Assembly: GCF_006345805.1 (NCBI RefSeq)
Contig: NC_043017.1
Span: 7,688,001 to 7,752,000 of the forward strand
Origin: Octopus sinensis
Taxonomy: Eukaryota
Direction of reading: 5' to 3'
DNA: 64,000 nt
Numbering within the stretch: the stretch's first letter is position 1; every line of letters begins with the position of its first letter. The notes under the pieces were generated by a model. That model saw only the letters and a program-made list of their open reading frames with translations, did not search any database and was not told the origin of the DNA. The position numbers were made by a program, and so were the translations under genes. This document shows, piece by piece, positions 12,660 to 26,600 of the stretch.

Positions 12660-13485
12660 CAGGGTGCGATGAATAAATTGTCGCCATTTTATATTTCTAA
12701 TTTCGCGTATGCGCATTGTTTTTTTCATTTTGTCGACTACATAGTATAGTAGGGTCGCTTGGGCACCGTCTGTGAGAAAAACAGCACCATGATATAATTC
12801 CCTCTGCCAGAAATTTAGAAACGACATGCTATACTGCTTGGCATTCGCGCCGGAAGCTCCAATACTAACATTCCAGGGAGTTTGGGTGTCAATCTGAAGA
12901 CATGTACCGAGAGTGATAAAAATCAAACATCCAGTCATCATGGTGTTTGGATTGATCACTACTGGTGGCAACGTTATGCCTCCATTCATCTTCCCACACG
13001 GCCTCAGACTCCATCAAGTGCCTGGAGGAGGTAGTGCTGCCCTGGGTCAAAAGAGTGGCTGCAGGAAGACCCTTATCTAGCAACAGGACTCTGCACAATG
13101 CCACACAAGCAGGAGAATCCAGCCATGGCTGTTAGGCAATATCTGCGACCACATCACCTAACTCCCCAGACTGCAGCCCCTTTGTTTGGGGCACAGTTGA
13201 TCAAGAGACCAACAAAACTCCTTGTAACACCAAAGGTGAAAATGAAGGCAAGGGATTATGGCAGCATTCACCAACTTAAACATGGAGACTGTCCAGAAGA
13301 GTTGCAGGAGATTCCAAAGTCGTTTGGAGGCCGTGATTGAAGCCAATGGCGATTTTATTGAATAAATTTACTCTTTATTGTTTCATGATATTTTTATGTA
13401 ATTTCGGTAAATATATCTATTAAAATGAGACGTTAGTGTTATTTTCAATTTTGCGTAATTTAGACAATTTATTCACCATATCCTG
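12660..13485 (+). mobile_element. Internally deleted Tc1/mariner element (maT/DD37D-like)
   Basis: TA-flanked imperfect TIRs (cagggtgcgatgaataaattgtc / gacaatttattcaccatatcctg); frameshifted MVFGLITTGGNVMPPFIFPHGLRL...QQDSA.CHTSR...NSPDC...EANGDFIE. Confidence 0.9.
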
Positions 13486-13882
13486 TATATAAAAGAAAGT
13501 CTTTTTTTGTATAATTATTATTAAGAATAATATAAAAAAATTAAAATATTTTATGTATTCTTTTCTTTAATTCTTTTACTTGTTTCAGTCATCATTTGGC
13601 TGTGGTCATGCTGTAGCACTGCCTTGAAGGGTTTTAGTTGAACAAATCAACTCCAGGGCTTCTTTTGTAAACCTAGTACTTATTCTTTCAGTTACTAAGT
13701 TACGGGAATGTAAACACACCAATACTGGTTGTCAAACAGTAATAGACACACATACATACACCAAATTCAATATAAACTGTAGATCTGATTTGGGGTTGGT
13801 TCCAGGTGTGGTGTTAGATATAAAAGAAGTAAATTTGAGACCTCATTTGTGTTTTTTTATTTATATATGTGTGTGTGCGTGG

Positions 13883-13913
<31 letters not shown>

Positions 13914-13914
<1 letters not shown>

Positions 13915-14091
13915 GGCACATAAAAAGCACCCACTACACTCACGGAGTGGTTGGCGTTAGGAAGGGCATCCAGCTGTAGAAACATTGCCAGATAAGACTG
14001 GAGCCTGGTGCAGCCTTCTGGCTTCCCAGATCCCCGGTCGAACCGTCCAACCCATGCTAGCATGGAGAACGGACGTTAAATGATGATGATG
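13914..14091 (+). mobile_element. 5'-truncated RTE 3' UTR copy with (GAT)n tail
   Basis: aaaagcacccactacactc..gagtggttggcgttaggaagggcatccagctgtagaaac...ggacgttaaatgatgatg; similar copies near 5500, 16100, 28700, 29240, 33510, 53780, 56040 and 60420. Confidence 0.85.
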
Positions 14092-15057
14092 TATGTATGT
14101 ATAGTTCGAATTTGCAGAAAAAAGACGACAGGTGTAGGTACAACAAGCAGGTGTATTAGTTTAATGCTTGGGAAGAATATTGTCTTAGAAATAAGTACTT
14201 TTGTCTAATTTGTATTGACCATTTTTAATATAATGTATTTTGAAAATGGCTGTATTAAGCATAATTTATCATTTATAAATAACGTGTAGCTTTGATAATT
14301 ATTTGGGACAGTACTGAATGGCATATTTACATCTTTTTACTTTGAAATTCCAATCATTTTTGCTTAATTAGTTGCAGTGTTTTGTCATTACAAAAGAAAA
14401 GCAAAATAAATTAAAGATTAATGAAAACAATAAGAGGATTGACAGTAGAATGGTGTAGTAGTAGTAGTAGTAGTAGTAAAGTTAAATTTGATTATTTTCA
14501 GCTAAAATATGTGATTCACCTGATAAAGGTGTGAGAATAATAAATAGATCATCATGATAACATCTGTGAGTCATAAACCACAAATGGTTTTTTTTTTTTT
14601 TAAATTGCAAGGCTTAACAGTTTTTTCTTTTGCAACTCATAAAAGTATTTAAAAACTATCCCACATACATATGAATGAGCGTTGTTTGTGTGTATACATA
14701 CATGTAGGCATAGTTTTGTGGTTAAGAAGATTGTTTCATGGCCATGAGATTTCCGGTTCAGTCCCACTGCATGGCATCTTGGGCAAGTGTTTTCTATTAT
14801 AGCCCCAGGATTACAAATAACTCTTGAATAAATTTGGTAGATGGAAACTGTGCAGAAGCCTGTTGTGTATACGTGTATGTGTTTTTGTTTCACTGCTTGG
14901 CTACTAGTGTAGGTTATGTCCCTGTAACTTGATGGTTCATCAGAAAGGGAATGATAAAATAAGTACTGGGGTTGATTTAATTGTCCAAACCCACTATGGC
15001 TGCAGTCCTATGACTGTGTTGTCAGTGACATTTAACCATGTGGTCCTTATACTATAA

Positions 15058-15329
15058 CAGTGGTTCCTAAACTTTTTCGGGCTGCTGCCCCCTTGACACC
15101 CTTGACACCTAGCGCCCCCACCCCAACTAACCATTACAAACATAGACCTCTTTCTGAAGCAAATTCAAAACAACTGTATTTCACAAAACTTAATCTAATG
15201 AACCCATTATTTTGTTTTTACATGAATCGCCCGTTTTGGCTACCACATTAATGCCCACTTCAACACCCCCTTGGAACATTCCACTGCACCATCCGGGGGG
15301 TGCGATAAACCCACTTTTGAGAACCACTG
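15058..15329. mobile_element. hAT (Charlie-like) MITE, 272 bp
   Basis: TIRs cagtggttcctaaa / ttttgagaaccactg; 8-bp flanks only partly matching (tactataa / cacgaaaa). Confidence 0.75.
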
Positions 15330-17624
15330 CACGAAAAGATAGTTTATATTGTGGTGTGTATGTTATGTATGAAGATTGTATTGTATGTATCTCTTTGGTA
15401 TGACAAACTATGTATGCGGTTGGTATTTAGGAAAACTATGTTGCAAGAACATCTGGTGATTTCATCAGCTGTAAATTTATTGCAAGTTTGTTACATTGAA
15501 TAATTGTCATCACAAATAAATCACTGGTAAATTTATACTTTTTATTTCAGAGGTTGTACATTGCTAAACATTAAAGTGTCATTATACAGAGTAAATAAGT
15601 TGTTTCATTAACAACGAAAACAGAAATTTGAAAATTCAGAGGCAAAAAAAAATTATTAATATCAAATTTACTCAATTAAAAAACTAAATCAGTTATTTGT
15701 AAAACTAGAACCACAAAAAGATGATTCTATTTTATATTTTTTAGAATGCTTCTTCCATCTCCCAATCATCATCATCATGGAAAATGGACGTTAAACGATG
15801 ATCATGAGGATGATGATTAGATGGAAGAAGCATTCTTAAAAGACAACAAAGTATGAGCAATGCTTTTTAAATAATCCATTGTTTTGTGATTTTTTCCTTC
15901 TCCATGTCACTGATATTGTCCAAGCAATGCAGTCACTACTTGTGTGTTTGTTGCAGCTATTGCTATCAGAATGCAAAGAACTGATGCTGCAAAGTATCTT
16001 CTCTGATGCTTGTAACAGTTGCATCAATTCTCCACTCAGAATTGGCATTTTTTTTTACCACCTGTGTCAACATTATGTAGAAAGCACCTGTGCTGGTGCT
16101 GTATAGAAAGCATCCCTGCTACGTAAAATCCTCCTGTACAGGTGCCTTGTAAAAAGCACCCAGTACATTCTGTAAAGTGGTTGGTATTAGGAAGGGATTC
16201 CAACCATAGAAACCATGCCATAACAGACAATTGGTGCCTCCAACTGGTCATCTCCTGTTAAAGCATCCAACCCATGCCAGCATGGAAAATTGATGTTAAA
16301 TGATGACAATGATTTATCAACTCTGAATATATGAAAAGCAGAGTTGACCTAAATCAACCCCAGTACTTACACCTTTTAAGCCTGGTACTTATTCTATTGG
16401 TCTCTTGTGCTGAATCGCTAAGTTACAGGGACATAAACACACCAACGTCGGTTGTTAAGCAATGGGTGTGGACAAGCACAGACAAAGGCATACGCACGCA
16501 CACATGCACTTAAATATGACGGGCTTCTTTTAGTTTCTGTCTATCAAATTCACTCACAAGACTTTGGTTGCCTGAGGCTTTTGTAGAAGACACTTGTCCA
16601 AGGTGGGACTGAACCCAGAACCATGTGGTTGGGAAGCAGCAAACTTCTTACCACAAAGCCACCCCACTGCATAGAGATGAAAGGCCAAATTTGACTTTGG
16701 TGGGATTAGAACTGAGGATGTAAGAGGCTAGAACTAAAAACTGCAACGCATTTTATCCAATGTGCCAATAACTCTGCCAATCCACAGTCTAATAGTAGTA
16801 ATAATAATATTTCTAATTTTGGTAGAAGGCCAGTAATTTTGAGGGGAGGGATAAGTCTTAACATTTCTAAATTTAGCACAAGTCCAGTTGTTTTGAGGGA
16901 AGAGAGTAAGTTGATTCTATTGACACCAGTGCTTAATTAGTATTTATTTTGACCTCAGGGATGAAAGGTAAATTTGAAATCGGGATGTTAAGAGCTGGAA
17001 TTAATGCATTTTACCTGGTGCTCTAATGAGCCTGCCAATCTACAGCCTTGTAGTAGTAGTAGTAGCAGCAGCAGCAGCAGTTGTAATTCTGTCTTCTATA
17101 GGCACATGGCCTGAAATATTGGGGCTGGGTGTAGTTGATATCAACCCCAGTGTTCTACTGGTACTTATTTTGTTAACGCTGAAAGGATGAAAGGTAAAGT
17201 CGACCATGGCAGAATTTGAACCCAGAATGTAAAGCTGGAAGAAATGTTGTCCAGCACACTTATGATTCTGCCAGCTCATCACCTTAGTAATACTACTACT
17301 AATAATAATAACAATAACAGTTTGTACTTTGTAACTAATGTACAAAACTTTTCAATCATAAAAATGTTTACGTTGATGGAATCGCAGGTCAGTTAATAGA
17401 TTTTTTTTCAGATTTTTAGCTAGAAAACTTTTGTATTATAAAGGTCCCCACCCTTGACCAATAGCCAAGATTTGACAAGTCAGAGTCTTATTTTATTGTC
17501 ATAATTATTATCACATGTCTATATTTTTTAAATAAAAGTTATTCTAAGATATTTTTGTACATTAAATTGCTGTGTATTTCTTTGTAGATAATTGGATAGC
17601 CTACAACAGATATCACCATCCAAG

Positions 17625-17687
17625 ATGATTGATGTTTCTGTGAAGACCCTTGATGGTCAAACTAAGAGCCATAGTGTTGCAGATGAT
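17625..17687 (+). CDS. BAG6: BAG6 coding exon 1 (exon starts 17588; ATG 17625)
   Basis: tttgtag acceptor before 17588, [21 protein letters not shown], gtgagt donor; an upstream non-coding exon is implied. Confidence 0.93.
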
Positions 17688-20600
17688 GTGAGTTACTTTT
17701 CTGTACAATCATTTATGATGCTACTTTATATTAATTGCCTTTGTTTGGCCTATTTTCTATAGATTTTATTCAGTTTTTGTTTTATGTACTGCCGTAATGC
17801 ACTGTTATTAAGAAAAGAGCTCTTTCCCCTCTTAATCATATCTTTTCTGTTTTTACAGACCACTGTTCGACAATTTAAGGAAACAATAGCCAGTAGTATA
17901 GTAAGTTTCTTTTTAAATACTATTTTGAATTTAAAAAAATATATATAAATAAAAAGAAGCCATTTATTGTAATCCAAAGAACTTTTTTTCTTTAGCTGTT
18001 TTATTTTGTGTTCCTGCTGCATTGATGAAATAATTTTGCTTCAACTGGTGTTGTGTGTCAGGCTACCATTACAGTCTGGTTATCTCTTGGCGCTATTATT
18101 GGAGTTAGGATTTTGGTATACCGGTGATGATGATTGTAGTGGTGGTAGTAGTAATTTTCTTGTATAGGCACAAGGTTAGCAGTTTTGAGGAGAGAGGGGT
18201 AGTCAATTATGTTGACCCCAATACTTTTAGTACTTTATTATATTGATCCCTAAAAAAAATAATAAAGTTGATCTGGCCAAGATTTTAACTTAAAAACGTA
18301 ATGAGCTATAACTAAATGTTAGGCAAAAAATAATTCAAGTGACAGAAGTTGTATGAATACCAAAAGGTAATGTCTCCACTTAAAAATGGATGTTGTGTTA
18401 GAATACAAGATTCTGTGATGGTTACCAGGAGAGAATTTCCTGGTTTTGGAGATATCACCACCATTGCTGCTTCTAAGACTACCAGATTGTGATTTTGGCC
18501 TTCCTTTACTTCGTCAATGGTAGATGCCTGGCTGCTGGAAATAGCAGCAACCACTGTGCTAGTGATATACATAAAAAAGAATCACAATGCCTAATCAGGA
18601 ACTGGTGTCACCAACAGCCACTTATTGAAAAATAAAGAGATGGAAGGTGTATTAATACTATAAATATTAGGCATTTTGTCTGAATCTCTAATGATTCTAC
18701 TAATCCACTATCCTATTATTAGTAGTCATAGTTTCTAATTTAGTCACAAAGCCATCAGCCCCAGTGTTCTTTTCTATATGGCACTTAATTTTATTGGCCC
18801 TTTAAAGATGAAAGGTAAAGTTGACTTCAGTTGGATTTGAACTCGGGGCATAAAGAGCTGAAACTAAATACCACAAGGCATTTTATCTGAACAATTCTAG
18901 GCTAATCCAATCCAGTAATAATGTGTGGACTTATGTAAAGTTTCTGTCTTTATTGAAAAGGTTACTATAAACTGTTGATAAAATATTTGTTTTTCTCTTT
19001 TAGTCAATTCCCGCAGACACACAGAGGCTGATTTTCCAAGGCAGAGTCCTTCAAGATGAAAAACTTTTAAAAGACTTCAGTAAGTTGTTGGAAAGTTTTT
19101 TCCTCTTTACATAGCAATAATAATAATAATAATAATAATAATATTGGTTTCAGTGTTGGCCTTGATGGGATTTGAACCCAGAACGTAAAGAGACACAACA
19201 AATATTGATTTCAAATTTTGGCACAAGGCCAGCAATTTTGGGGAGGGGGTAAGTCGATTACATCAATCCCAGTGTTTAACTGGTATTTATTGATCCTGAA
19301 AAGATGAAAGGCAAAGTTGACCATGGTGTAATTTGAACTCAGAACATAAAGACTGAAAAAAATGCTGCTTAGCATCTCACCCATTGTGCTAACAATTCTG
19401 CCAGCTTGATGCTTTAGACCAAGCAAATATCGGTTTCAAACTCTGGCACAAGGCCAGCAGTTGTGTGTGTAGGGGGGGGGGTTAAGTTGATTACATCAAC
19501 CCCAGTGCTCAACTAGTGCTTATTTTATCAACCTTTGAAGGATGAAAGGCAAAGTCTACCTTGGTGGAATTTGAACACAATTTAAAGACAGATGAAGTAC
19601 TGCTAGCTCCCCACCTATTATTATTATAATGGCTCAAGGCCTGCAATGTTAGGGGAGGTAGTAAGTCAATTACATTGACCCACCCCCAATACTCAGCTGG
19701 TACTTATTTTATCAACTCCAAAAAGATGAATGGCAAAGTTGACCATGGTGGTATTCTGAGTTCAAATATTGCTGAGATCAACTTTCATCCTTTTGGGGTT
19801 CATAAAATAAAGTACAACCACGTACTGTGTACCCACCTCTCAAAATTGCTATCGTTGTCCCGAAATTAGAATAATTATATGATAATGATATTTATGATGA
19901 TAATGTCTTGTTAAAATAAAACATTTTTTTTTTTTTCATTTTATGTAATTTTTAGATGTTCATGGCAAAGTGATACATGTTGTGCAAAGACCCCCACCAC
20001 GTCCTAACAGCACCAGCCCTATAGATAATGGTGGTAACTCAACCACAGCTTCAGCACCACCTCCTCCTCCGAGAGATGTCAATAGTTTTGTTGTCAGTTC
20101 TTTTACTTTACCATCAGACATTCTGGATCCGAATCAGGTTCAGGTAAGTCTTTTTACCTGACTCCAACCATTTTCCTATAGTTTAACTCTTTAGCATTCA
20201 AATTACTCTATCAAATGTAATGCTTATTTATTCATGTTCTGTTTAACTCCTTAGCATTCAAACCAGCCATATGAAGCCCTAATATTCTACCTGTTCTATA
20301 TTCAATCTAACTAGATCAGGTCTCTCACACCTACCCTACAATGTCTTTCTAAAAGTAAGCAATCACATCAAAATTTCAAAGCTATAAGATAATCTACAAT
20401 TAATTCAAAACAATGTGAATGAATAACCGTATTTAACAGGATAATCTGAGGGTTAAAGTAATCATGCATTGTCCCAGCGTCAGGATTTTAGTTTTAGAAT
20501 GACAGTGTAGGGTAGGTGTAAGAGGCTGGATCTGGCTGGTTTGAACAAAGAAACAAGTAGAATATGGGCTGGGTATGGCTGGTTTAAATGCTAAATAAAC

Positions 20601-23600
20601 AAAAGATTCTTTCAGTGTTTAAAATGATTTCAGTTTTTAAATTTTATATTTTCATCCAGAAGATCTTTGTTCAGCTTTTATTTGATATTCATTGAAATCA
20701 CAAGAGTCATATAATCTCTACCTTTGCTCCAACTTCAGTGTGTTAAATCTCTTTGTGTGAAGACTATCTGAAATAATTTCACTCTAAGAATTGCACAATG
20801 CAAATAAAGTTTGCACTATTGCTTCGTGTGCATGTTTGTGTGTACATCTTTTTACATATGTATTCCTGTATGTGTGTATGTAGGTACTTGGACTGATTGA
20901 AAATATTAGATGTTTAAAACTTCAATTTTCAGTTGAATTTAGAAATAAAAGATATGTTGTGTAATAAAGTTGAACATGTTAACAAAAAAAGAAAATAATT
21001 TTAGATGGTTGGTGGAAATGAGAGACTCAGATGACCATTGAAAGGACCAATGAATTAAGGGATTTAAAGGATATTTTTGATATTTTCCATTCTTTTTATT
21101 AAATGTACATTATCAATATGTCTCTGAATCAGTTAATAAAACCTAATTAAAATAGATTTTCCTTTAGCTATTGTTTTTGCTATGAAATATATTTTATTTG
21201 TAGAAAGTAATCCTGTCTCTTTTTCTATTTTATCCCCTCAGAATATTGTTCAACAAGCTGTTCACAATATAGGCGAGCTCGGAAGGAATGCCAGAGTCTC
21301 TACAAGGGCATCGGTAAATTACATTTCAATTTTATTCCAGAAAGATTTTTGTTTAATGCTCCCAGAGTTACAAATGATGATATGTAATCTGCAACTATAG
21401 TTTATAATTATTGGGATTAAGGATTCCAGCAGAATGAATATTCATCACAGTTCTGCACAATATTCCTGTTATTAGAGTCTTTAGAGAAAAATTACTCAGA
21501 ATTATAAGGGAAAGGAATTATTGGTTTTAAACTTTGACACAAAGCTAGCAATTTCGAGGGAGGGGGTAAGTCGATTACATCAACCCCAGTATTCAACTGG
21601 TACTTAGTTTAATGACCCCCAAAAGGATGAAAGGCAAAGTTGACCTCAGTGTATTTTGAAGTTGGATGAACCACCACCACTAAGTGTTTTACCTGGTGTG
21701 CTAATGACTCTGCTAACTCATTGCTTTACAGAAGGGAACTATTCAAATTCTTTTTCTACATAAAAACTAGAATTGTTAAATTTAGGGGTTTGCTCTTTCA
21801 TTGCCTTGTTTTACTAATGTTGTTTCTCCATCTCTGTCTTTTTCAGGCTGACGGTTCGGCTGTTGATGTTCATATCAATTTGGGGCAGATTCCCGTCCAG
21901 CAGATGAATGAATCTCAACAAAGAATAAACCACATCAGAAAGTTATTGCACTTGGTTAACATGGCTTTATCTCGTCTTGAGGTATGTTGAACTGTCACTT
22001 TTATATCTGCATGCTTGCATAGGTAAGATGATGAGTGTATCAGCATAGCAACAGCTAACCATTTCCTTAGTGAGGCCCAGTGTTTACAACTATGTCAAGG
22101 AAAGCAGACACAAGCACACACACACACCTATGCACCCACATATACATATATACAAGTGATAGGCTTTTAGTTTCTGTCTCCCAAATCCATTCATAAGACT
22201 TTGGTTGTCCCAAGGCTATAGAAGAAGACACTTGTTGAAGGTACCCCCCATGGTCTATTGCAAATGTTCAAGTATGCAACAGATTGTATTGAAGGTTAGC
22301 TTAGCTCAGTATCTTGATATAGAGCTTCCTATTGTATCAAGCAGTACCCTGCTGAATCATACCCTCTGCTCTCTCTTTCTCTCTCTCTCTCTCCAGTTTC
22401 TAAGGCCCTACAAAAACTTCATGAAAGCTGCTAGTCTTCTTTTGACTAAGTCTTAAAAAACATTGAATGATCAGTTTTTATTGTTTTATGAAATTCATCC
22501 TTGTTTACTCTTCAATGTTATTTCTAAACAGATAAAATTCTGTTTTGACAATTTGATCACTTACATGTATTGGCTTCTTTTGTTGTAGAATCCGTCAGCC
22601 AACAGTAACCAACAAAGCACCAATAATCAAAGAAATAGCAATGAACCAGTTCCAGGAGCTCCCAGTCAAAGTGGTACTGCTCAGCCATCTAGCGATGATC
22701 AACCCAGTACTGCAAGCAATTCTCAGGGACCAAGGTTTGACTCAATCCACTTTTAGTTGATATAAAAATCATGACAAATTTGTATGACTATTGAATAATT
22801 TATCTAGGACTTTGTTAATCCAGTGTCTTTACATTCTAGAAAATTCTCTTATTAAATTCATTTTTGATATATTTCTCTTAGTGATATATTACAAGCCGTT
22901 TCAATTACTTTGCAATCTATTTTGAACTGTCTGTCTTCAATTTGACAGCTGTAAATATTCAACTATTGTGGAAGAAAGACCATTAGCATAAATCAATAGG
23001 CTGAAATCTGCATTTCAAAATGGTATAAAAACATAATTGAGCTGAAGTTTATTCTAAAAATATGTATTCTCTTTCAAAATAACTGTAATCAATAACTGCA
23101 GTTATTTTTGCACCAACCTCTTATAACGACAATACATTGAGGACTGTTAGAATAATAGTTTCTTAGGCTTGAGTGGTGTAGATGGATAAAAATACAGGGA
23201 GTTATGTACAGTGTAGTTTTATTACTGAAGATTAAGAAATACATTTCTTTTAATATGTTAGTCAAAGAAGCAATAGATTTGTGACTCTTTTCTTGTTGCA
23301 CTCCTTGACTAGAGAAATGGGTGTGGCTGGTGCCTAGCTTTGACACTTGCATGTTTGCTGTCTGCAAGGTTAAAATCCTGTCCAGATACTACAGAACTGA
23401 TCTGAATACTTGTAACAAATGAACTCTGTTAAAGGCAGTCAAGGAGCAGCTGGTAGTGTGACAGGGTTACACAGTTAAATGATAAATATGATGCATAGAA
23501 GTGGATATCTTTTAGTAACACATCAGTTATAGTTCATACAATTTTAGAATTCCGTCTGACTCATGCAAGCATGGAAGAGTGAGCATTAAAAGGATGATGA

Positions 23601-26600
23601 TAGTGTTGTAATTACAATCGTTTATTGATGCATCTATCAATATATATGCTATACTGACTGACACAAGCTCCATACAAATAGTGAAGCTTTACTTAAGTCA
23701 TCATTTTATGTCCATTTTTTTTCTGAGCTTGAATGGATTGGAGAAGTAAGTTGAACACTAAGAACTCTTGTTACGTTAACATGTTTGAGGTTCTTCTTCC
23801 ATACTGAATACTTGAAATGTATTTGTAAAGACATTTTGGACAACATCAATTCGAAAGGGCAAAGAAGTGTTAAACGTGATTGTTTAAGTTAGTTTTTAGT
23901 TGAGAGAATACTTCTGTTGTATAAGAACAACAGGCTGAACATGAGTTTGTTTGTTAGATGAGCTGGGATTAAAACTGAAACACACATGACAGGAGTCTGT
24001 TGAAGGAACTGATTAGTATCTTAGTACGAAACCTGGCTGAAGAAACTCTGTATTTAACAATTATATCAAAAGTACAATATTTAACAAATGAATCAAAACA
24101 GCAATGTTTTAAAGCTACAATATCTAACAGTTATATCAAGACTTCGATATTTTGAAAATTATATCAGGACTACAGTATTTTTTTAAAACGGTCATTTGTT
24201 TCGCCAGTTTCATTCAGACAATTGTATTTTGTCCAGGACTAAGAATTGTGTTCCAAGTAAATTTTATCCTTTTTTTTTTTTTTTTTTTTTTTTTGCTATC
24301 ATTAACATTACTTTATTTATTTAAATTGATATTTACTTGCTGCCATTGCTTATTGCTTTTCTGGATTTCGTCTGGCAAATCCTATTAGCAGTGAGATTAG
24401 TCTTGGTTATTCGCTTCTTCAAATCCCTTCCTCCTCCTCCTCTTCTGTAGCCCACCACCAGTGACAGTTGTTGCTGAACTAATGACAGAACTTCAAGAAG
24501 TCCAAAGAAGACTGCAGCCATTCTTAACACAATATACAACATTGGCACAAAATGATGCCTCTTATACAAGTGAACAAGTAGGTTTTCCTTCCTGATTTGT
24601 TCACTCTTTTATATAAATTCTGCCAGTCTTATTCATGCTAAAGATTAAAAAAAGAAATACATGTATTTTTACTTCAATTTATGAGAGAGAAAAAAAATTC
24701 CATTATGAACACTAAGAAAACCAATATTTTTCACATAGTTGTCTTATATAAGACTGTTGTGTCTTAACTGTTACTTTATAAATTTGCATTTGATTGTTCC
24801 TTTTACTCTAAAAAGATTTAGTCATATATGTCTTAGTATTATAATAATAATGATATTGGTAGAATCTCTCTCCTCTCCACTAACTTGCGAGAGGATTTGA
24901 GCCAAGTACTGAAAACCCAGTAAGACGATGGTCATATTTAGTCTACCTGTTGCTTATAGCAGTGAACTGTGCATCCTCATAATGCCAGTTTATAACCAAG
25001 TGTAGAGAAACAGCAATAATTTCCTTTATATAGGACACAAGCACAGACCATTCGGCACATAAACAACTTGGCCAGCTGCAGTAAAATATATCAATCCATT
25101 GGTAATATATTGTTTTGCAGTGGGGAGAGGAAGCTTAGATATTTTGTTATTTCTCTCTTTCTTTGTAATTTTCTTTTCTCTCTATTTTTCTTTTTATTTT
25201 CTTGTTTTCTCTCTTTTTTTTCTATTTTCTTATATGTTATCTTTCTCTCTTTTTTTTTCTTTCCATCTTCTTGTTTTCTTTTTCTCTCTCTCTCTTATTT
25301 CTGTCTTACACGTTTTTCATCTTCCAAATCATTAACTATTTAAATATTCTAATAATAAATCAAGCTGTTGAACGTTTCTCTCTTGCTTTCAGACTGAAGC
25401 ACGCCAAGAGAGTGAGCGTATATTCAACGGTGTGTCTGAGTGCCTGCATTACATGAGTCACATCTATCACAGTGTCAGTGACCTTACTGTTGACTTTAGT
25501 CAGTCTCCACCACGTCATCTCCATGCTCACACAGCCATGCCTGCGTTGGCAGGTTTGATCCCTTCAACTCTATCAACAGGATCCATACCAGTGAATGTAA
25601 GTCAAACTGATAATGACTAATACATATTTAAGTTGGGACAGTGATTCATTATCATCAGCATCATCAATCATCATCAGTCATCATTCACATTTAACATCCA
25701 CTTTTCTTTGCTTGTACGAGGCAGATTTTTCTACAGCCAAATGCTTTCCCTGTTGCCAACTGTCACCTGTTTCCAGGCAAGGTAATACAATATCTCCCAT
25801 TGGCCAGACATGTTAACCTTGAAAATTGGAAATGATTAACATCGTTTATTTGACAGTAACGAGCATTTAGAACCATCACATGATGTCAAGTGCACACGCA
25901 CCAGGCTTCTACAACCACTCACTGCATAATTAATCCTAGTTGCTTTCTAATGCTCCTCTCCAACTATTAAATACATTACCAGTAACTTATCTGCCACGAC
26001 GAAGCTGAACAACATATTGAAAAGGAATTCCATTAGTTTTCCAAGAAGACTCTGGTGACTTTGATCCTTCTGTCTGGGTGTGAGAGCTAGACTGTGACAA
26101 ACTGACATGGAGCGAAGAGTCCAGGCATTTGAGCACAAGTGCTTCAGAAGGCTGTTACACATCCCATATACGGAGCACAAAATAGTCAGGCAGCAAGTCA
26201 ACAAATACACTGGCTGTCAGGAACCAGTGTTTATACAGGTGAAAAGATGCCTTGTACACCCATGTATCCTGCCTCGACTCGCTGCCCAAAACCATTCTTC
26301 AGGGCACATGTGAGGTAGGGCAAAGGAGAGGCAGAGAAAATCCTGGTTTGACAACATCAAGAACTGAACAGTCACAACACAGCGAACCTGCTATGCATGA
26401 CAGAACAGAGGCAAATGACAATGGTTGACTATGAAAGCATCTAGAGTGGCACCCCGACAGCTGTCAGCCTCAGTAAAGGGATCTTGATGAAGATGATCTG
26501 TGATATAATACAATGTACTGTTGATGCATTTTACTGACTTTGAAAAAATATTTGTTGTAATTTCTGATTGGAACCATCATCCCTGATGGCATTCTGTTAA

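Noticed and set aside
24020-24050. CGAAAC...CTGAAGA hammerhead-like words (also CTGATGAG at 37988)
   Set aside because: No room for, or complementarity of, the required stems
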